Assembly: GCF_006345805.1 (NCBI RefSeq)
Contig: NC_042998.1
Span: forward strand, 155,248,001-155,312,000
DNA: 64,000 nt
Reading direction: 5' to 3'
Origin: Octopus sinensis
Lineage: Eukaryota
The stretch's first letter is position 1. The number at the start of each line of letters is the position of its first letter. Position numbers and translations under genes: made by a program. The notes under the pieces are model-generated. The model saw only the letters and a list, made by a program, of their open reading frames with translations. It ran no database searches and was not told the origin of the DNA. This document shows positions 61,281 to 64,000 of this stretch, piece by piece.

Positions 61281-61289
61281 ATTACGGAT

Positions 61290-61606
61290 ATGTATTTGCA
61301 TAGCATGTGACCTGATCTAACATCATGTGCTGAAACAAAAACAATTGCAGCATGGAAGGTGTTTATAAGCCATTTAAAAACACACAAAAACCATTAGATT
61401 CACTTTAATATTTAAATTTAATTGACAAAATTCAATATTTAAATTTAACTGACAAAATTCTGTACTGCACAGAATTTTGTCAGTGAACAGGTCACAGTTT
61501 CAAAGCAATGAAAATATTTTGACAAATTAAATTTAAATATTGAAGTGAATCTAATGGTTTTTGTTTGTTTTTAAATGGCTTATAAACACCTTCCACACTG
61601 CAATTG
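61290..61606. mobile_element. MITE with ~90-bp inverted repeats
   Basis: caattgcag..ggaaggtgtttataagccatttaaaaa..ccattagattcactt is mirrored at ~61520-61606. Confidence 0.8.
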
Positions 61607-61819
61607 TGTGTGTGTGGTTATATATATATATATCTAGAAAATAAAAATATACAGGGTAGGAAAATTATAGAAATTTTTCTACCAGTGGCCTAGCATGTAT
61701 AAAATAGTCAATCGACAATATATTTTTCATATTTCTTAACCGTAGTTTGGATTCTAACTGTTCCTTCTAGCAAGTAAGGTGTCCTGTTAGGGTCACCTCT
61801 TTTGTGTTTAAATGTACAC

Positions 61820-61861
<42 letters not shown>

Positions 61862-61899
61862 CACACACACACAGACATATATATATATATATATACATA

Positions 61900-63430
61900 T
61901 ATGTGCAGCCACAGAATGAAACAGTCATCCAGGTAGCGTTTCCAGTTGGTAAGTATTTTTGGAAGTTGTCTCCAAATTTCAGTCTAGCATGCTCATATAT
62001 TTGGACTTCCAAGTATGCCATGACAAGGTTGGCAAAAGTAGGGGCTACCCTTGTAACTATCGCTGTGCCTAATTTTTGTCTATAAGTGTTCTTATTGAAG
62101 TTGAAGAAGTTGTTCTGTAGGATGAATTTTATTCCTTCAATGATGAATTATTTTCCAATTCGATCATGAATGTCATTTGGAAACTTTTCCAGCCAGTATT
62201 GTATGGCTATTATTCCGTATTCATGAGGAATCGGTGTGGAGAGGTTTATTACATCAAATGAAACCAGAAAAGAGTTCTTGCTGGTTTTGTTTTGGAGATG
62301 ATTTAAAAAGTCCAGATCATCACTTATAAAGCTCAGTATATGTTGAAGAAGAGATTTAAGGAGGACGTCAATAGTTACTGAGTCTGTGTGTCTTACACAA
62401 GGGACTGGCCACAATTGGTCTCATTTTGAGATCTCTCGGGTATGGAATATTTATGACTACAGAAGTTGATTTGTTGCAGGCTTTGTTTATGGGTTCACTT
62501 TTGTGGATTTTGCGAAGTCTATAAAAGTTGCTGGTTTTGCAGTCAAATCTAGTCAAGTAATCTCTCATTTCCCGTTATACCTTGTTGGAACTGGTGGATA
62601 AGGGAAGAAAGTTTAGTCACTATCTTGGATTGAATGTAGTTGTTGATGTTTTTGTAGTAGGAGGATTAGGGTAGTGTTTATGTATTTTTCTGAGTCCATG
62701 ATTACTACAGCACTCCCTTTGATGGCTTTTTTTATAATTATATTACGATTCTCCTTGAGATCATTAATGATTTCCCATTCTTATCGACTTGTATTTGTTT
62801 TAAATTTTCAATGTGAAAGTAAATTGAAGGGATAATTGGATACCAAATCACAAAAGTTATCCAGAGTTTGATTTCTTCCTTTTGTCAGACTGTAGTTACT
62901 TTTATTATGAAGTACTGAGTGATCATTAGTTTCTTTATCAAACAGGTCTTCAGTGACTCAAAGTTTTCTGCCGAATTCCTGGATATCATTTTGCATATCA
63001 TTTAGGTTCAGCCTTGTGGTGTTGGGGTGAATTTTAGTCCTTTTGCAAAAATTTTGATTTGTTGCTTTGAAAGGGTTTTATGTGAGAGATTTATCACCTA
63101 CAGGATCTCATATTTGTTTGGTGCCATCGAGTGTCCTGGTTTTGGTCCAGTTTACCTAAAAAATGGTTTCTTGGGTTTTGATATAAGGAATTAGTGCTCT
63201 TGTTGATTGTCCTTCCATTGACCCTTGGTCTATTGTGGGTTCTCCATTGTGGTTAGTTCTGAGTGGGGTCGTCATAATAGTTATATCTTGTTTGTATGAG
63301 GTGGTCATTGTGGAAAATTCCCGTAAGCAAACACTTAGACCAATGCCCCATAAATATAAACCCGAAATACCAAATCTTCCCTCTCAATCAATGCGCCGGG
63401 AACACTTCAAAACAATTCTGTTTAAATAAG
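61900..63430 (-). mobile_element. Penelope-like element RT, decayed and 3'-truncated after YLDD
   Basis: RLRKIHK..MRPIVAS; SFDVINL..PHEYG; YRQKLGTAI.T..APTFANLVM; WKRYLDDCFILW. Confidence 0.9.
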
Positions 63431-63623
63431 GAAAACATACTCATTAAAAAATATTAACCACAGCTGAATATCCTTTAGATATTAAAGAGAAAAAGGAAAA
63501 AGGACTAAATTTCTCCACAAAAAAAACAACTAGGTACAACAGACAATTTTTAAAAACTTTAGTAACAGTCTTCCACCTGGGTTTCAAAAATGCAACTCCA
63601 AATCCTCATACAATAATATCATA

Positions 63624-63706
63624 CAGTTGCAGATGTCACCTAACTCCAATGAAATTTTACAAACACCAGTTGCTGACGTCACCTAACTCTAGACCAATGA
63701 AATTTT
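63624..63706 (+). repeat. 43-bp imperfect tandem duplication
   Basis: cagttgc(a/t)ga(t/c)gtcacctaactc..caatgaaatttt occurs twice. Confidence 0.8.
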
Positions 63707-63756
63707 GCCTCTGATCAAAACTGAACTTCAGCAAATACAACAAAATGACCCTTTAA

Positions 63757-64000
63757 CCCTTTCGTTACTATATTTCTGACCAAATTACACCCCTTATGTG
63801 TTTCAATTAATTTCTAACGTAATCATAAATTTAGTCTGGTTTCATTAAACAACTATAACTTTTTTATTTATCGATATATTAATCTGATTTTTGGAAGATA
63901 ATTTAATGAAATATTCTCAACCAATTCTATACTATAATTTTTGTCACAAAGTGACTCTATTTGCAGGTAGATACAGGTAAATTCCACAAAATATAAAATT
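63757..64000 (+). mobile_element. piggyBac-like non-autonomous element, left end
   Basis: TTAA (63753-63756) followed by CCCTTTCGTTAC; the other end is not in the window. Confidence 0.45.

Overview
AT-rich, microsatellite-dense eukaryotic genomic DNA made almost entirely of decayed transposable elements. The SINE and RTE-LINE families match those I recall from Octopus (coleoid cephalopod); this assignment is from memory, not from a search. I could not identify a host protein-coding gene, only weak candidate exons. Inventory: about ten RTE-type LINE pieces from two families, one near-complete CR1/Jockey-group LINE (55.9-60.1 kb) plus a fragment, three Gypsy LTR loci, four Penelope-like element (PLE) coding remnants, Tc1, mariner and pogo transposons, a piggyBac-like end, foldback MITEs, Helitron/Helentron-type non-autonomous repeats and tRNA-type SINEs. 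The main finding is a set of type I hammerhead ribozyme folds in short modules sitting in or next to (TA)n tracts. Two have an intact catalytic core (39763-39855 +, 31517-31559 +) and one is nearly intact (40022-40067 -). A 356-bp tandem pair both carry the inactivating G5A change (54943 and 55299), and three more are decayed relics. Together they suggest several families of PLE pseudo-LTR or retrozyme-like mini-elements. Other notable items are a tRNA-like acceptor+T-arm module inside an LTR family, a SINE/LINE 3' stem-loop with covarying sequence, and a perfect 30-bp-arm palindrome overlapping a candidate splice acceptor. Boundaries were read by eye and are approximate unless a terminal motif is quoted.
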